From Ardenticatenales bacterium (GTDB lineage Bacteria; Chloroflexota; Anaerolineae; Epilineales; Epilineaceae): a stretch of 39,044 bases of DNA. Location of the stretch: NCBI GenBank assembly GCA_039931375.1, contig JBDTSC010000003.1:1-39044 (forward strand), in the 5' to 3' direction. The position numbers were made by a program, and so were the translations under genes. Below, piece by piece: positions 38,689 to 39,044 of this stretch (position 1 is the first letter of the stretch; each line of letters opens with the position of its first letter). The notes beneath the pieces were generated by a model that saw only the letters and a list, made by a program, of their open reading frames with translations, was not told where the DNA came from and did not search any database.

Positions 38689-39044
38689 GGGCAGCGCCGC
38701 ACCTCGACCGGGCGCGGCAGCACGTAGGCGCGGGAGGCGTCGTCCACGCCGCGGACGGTGAGCGGCACGCGCACGAGATCGTCCAGGCGATAGAAGCCGG
38801 TCGCGACCTCGTACTGCCCAGCGGCCACATCCGGCGGCACGTCGATCCGCCGTTCATCGACCAAGCGCTCCCCGGCTGACCATAGGCTCGACGGATATGG
38901 GAGCCCCTGCTGCATCACCGGTCCATCGCCCTGCGCGACGGGCGCAACCTCGCCCCGCCGTCGCAGGTGGATCAGGCGCTGGAGGTCGACATGCGGCGGC
39001 GCGAGAACGTCGATCGTGAGCGCGACCGTCAACGCCGCGCCGGC
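38685..39044 (-). CDS. C-terminal part of an upstream gene; Ig-like domain of the kind that ends Chloroflexota membrane glycosyltransferases
   Basis: The frame is open to the window edge. Pattern IHL...AQGDGP....YPSSLWSAGERLVD....VP.DV..G.Y....GFY. Confidence 0.7.
   Translation of the reverse strand, partial: AGAALTVALTIDVLAPPHVDLQRLIHLRRRGEVAPVAQGDGPVMQQGLPYPSSLWSAGERLVDERRIDVPPDVAAGQYEVATGFYRLDDLVRVPLTVRGVDDASRAYVLPRPVEVRRCP

Overview
A very GC-rich, gene-dense bacterial chromosomal window. Protein content suggests Chloroflexota (Anaerolineae/Ardenticatenia-like); this is inference. No rRNA, tRNA, CRISPR array or mobile element was recognised. Housekeeping and metabolic genes include prfB (programmed +1 frameshift, apparently without the internal Shine-Dalgarno), a CDP-alcohol phosphatidyltransferase, lgt, a HAD hydrolase, a degenerate MBL-fold protein, a PrsA/SurA foldase, rpiA, AlaX, an antenna-containing glutamate dehydrogenase, phoX, rmlC and a mycobacterial-type MTHFR-like gene. 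These are interleaved with a cell-surface gene set. Five exported proteins carry a short [T/R]-[I/A]-[Y/F/S]-[L/F]-P-x(2-3)-basic motif: at the C-terminus after a Pro/Thr linker in three, internally in one, and at the end of the PhoX Tat signal in one. Two GT-C membrane glycosyltransferase genes sit directly upstream of motif-bearing genes. The set also includes two paralogous vWA proteins whose vWA domain is inserted into a probable Lys-Asn isopeptide (DUF11/CLIPPER-like) domain, a 1280-aa seven-repeat S-layer-like candidate with poly-Gly loops, a membrane-anchored C39 peptidase-TPR protein and a membrane transglutaminase-like protein. The best candidate for an undescribed system is a surface-protein tagging, glycosylation and anchoring pathway built around the YLP-like motif.
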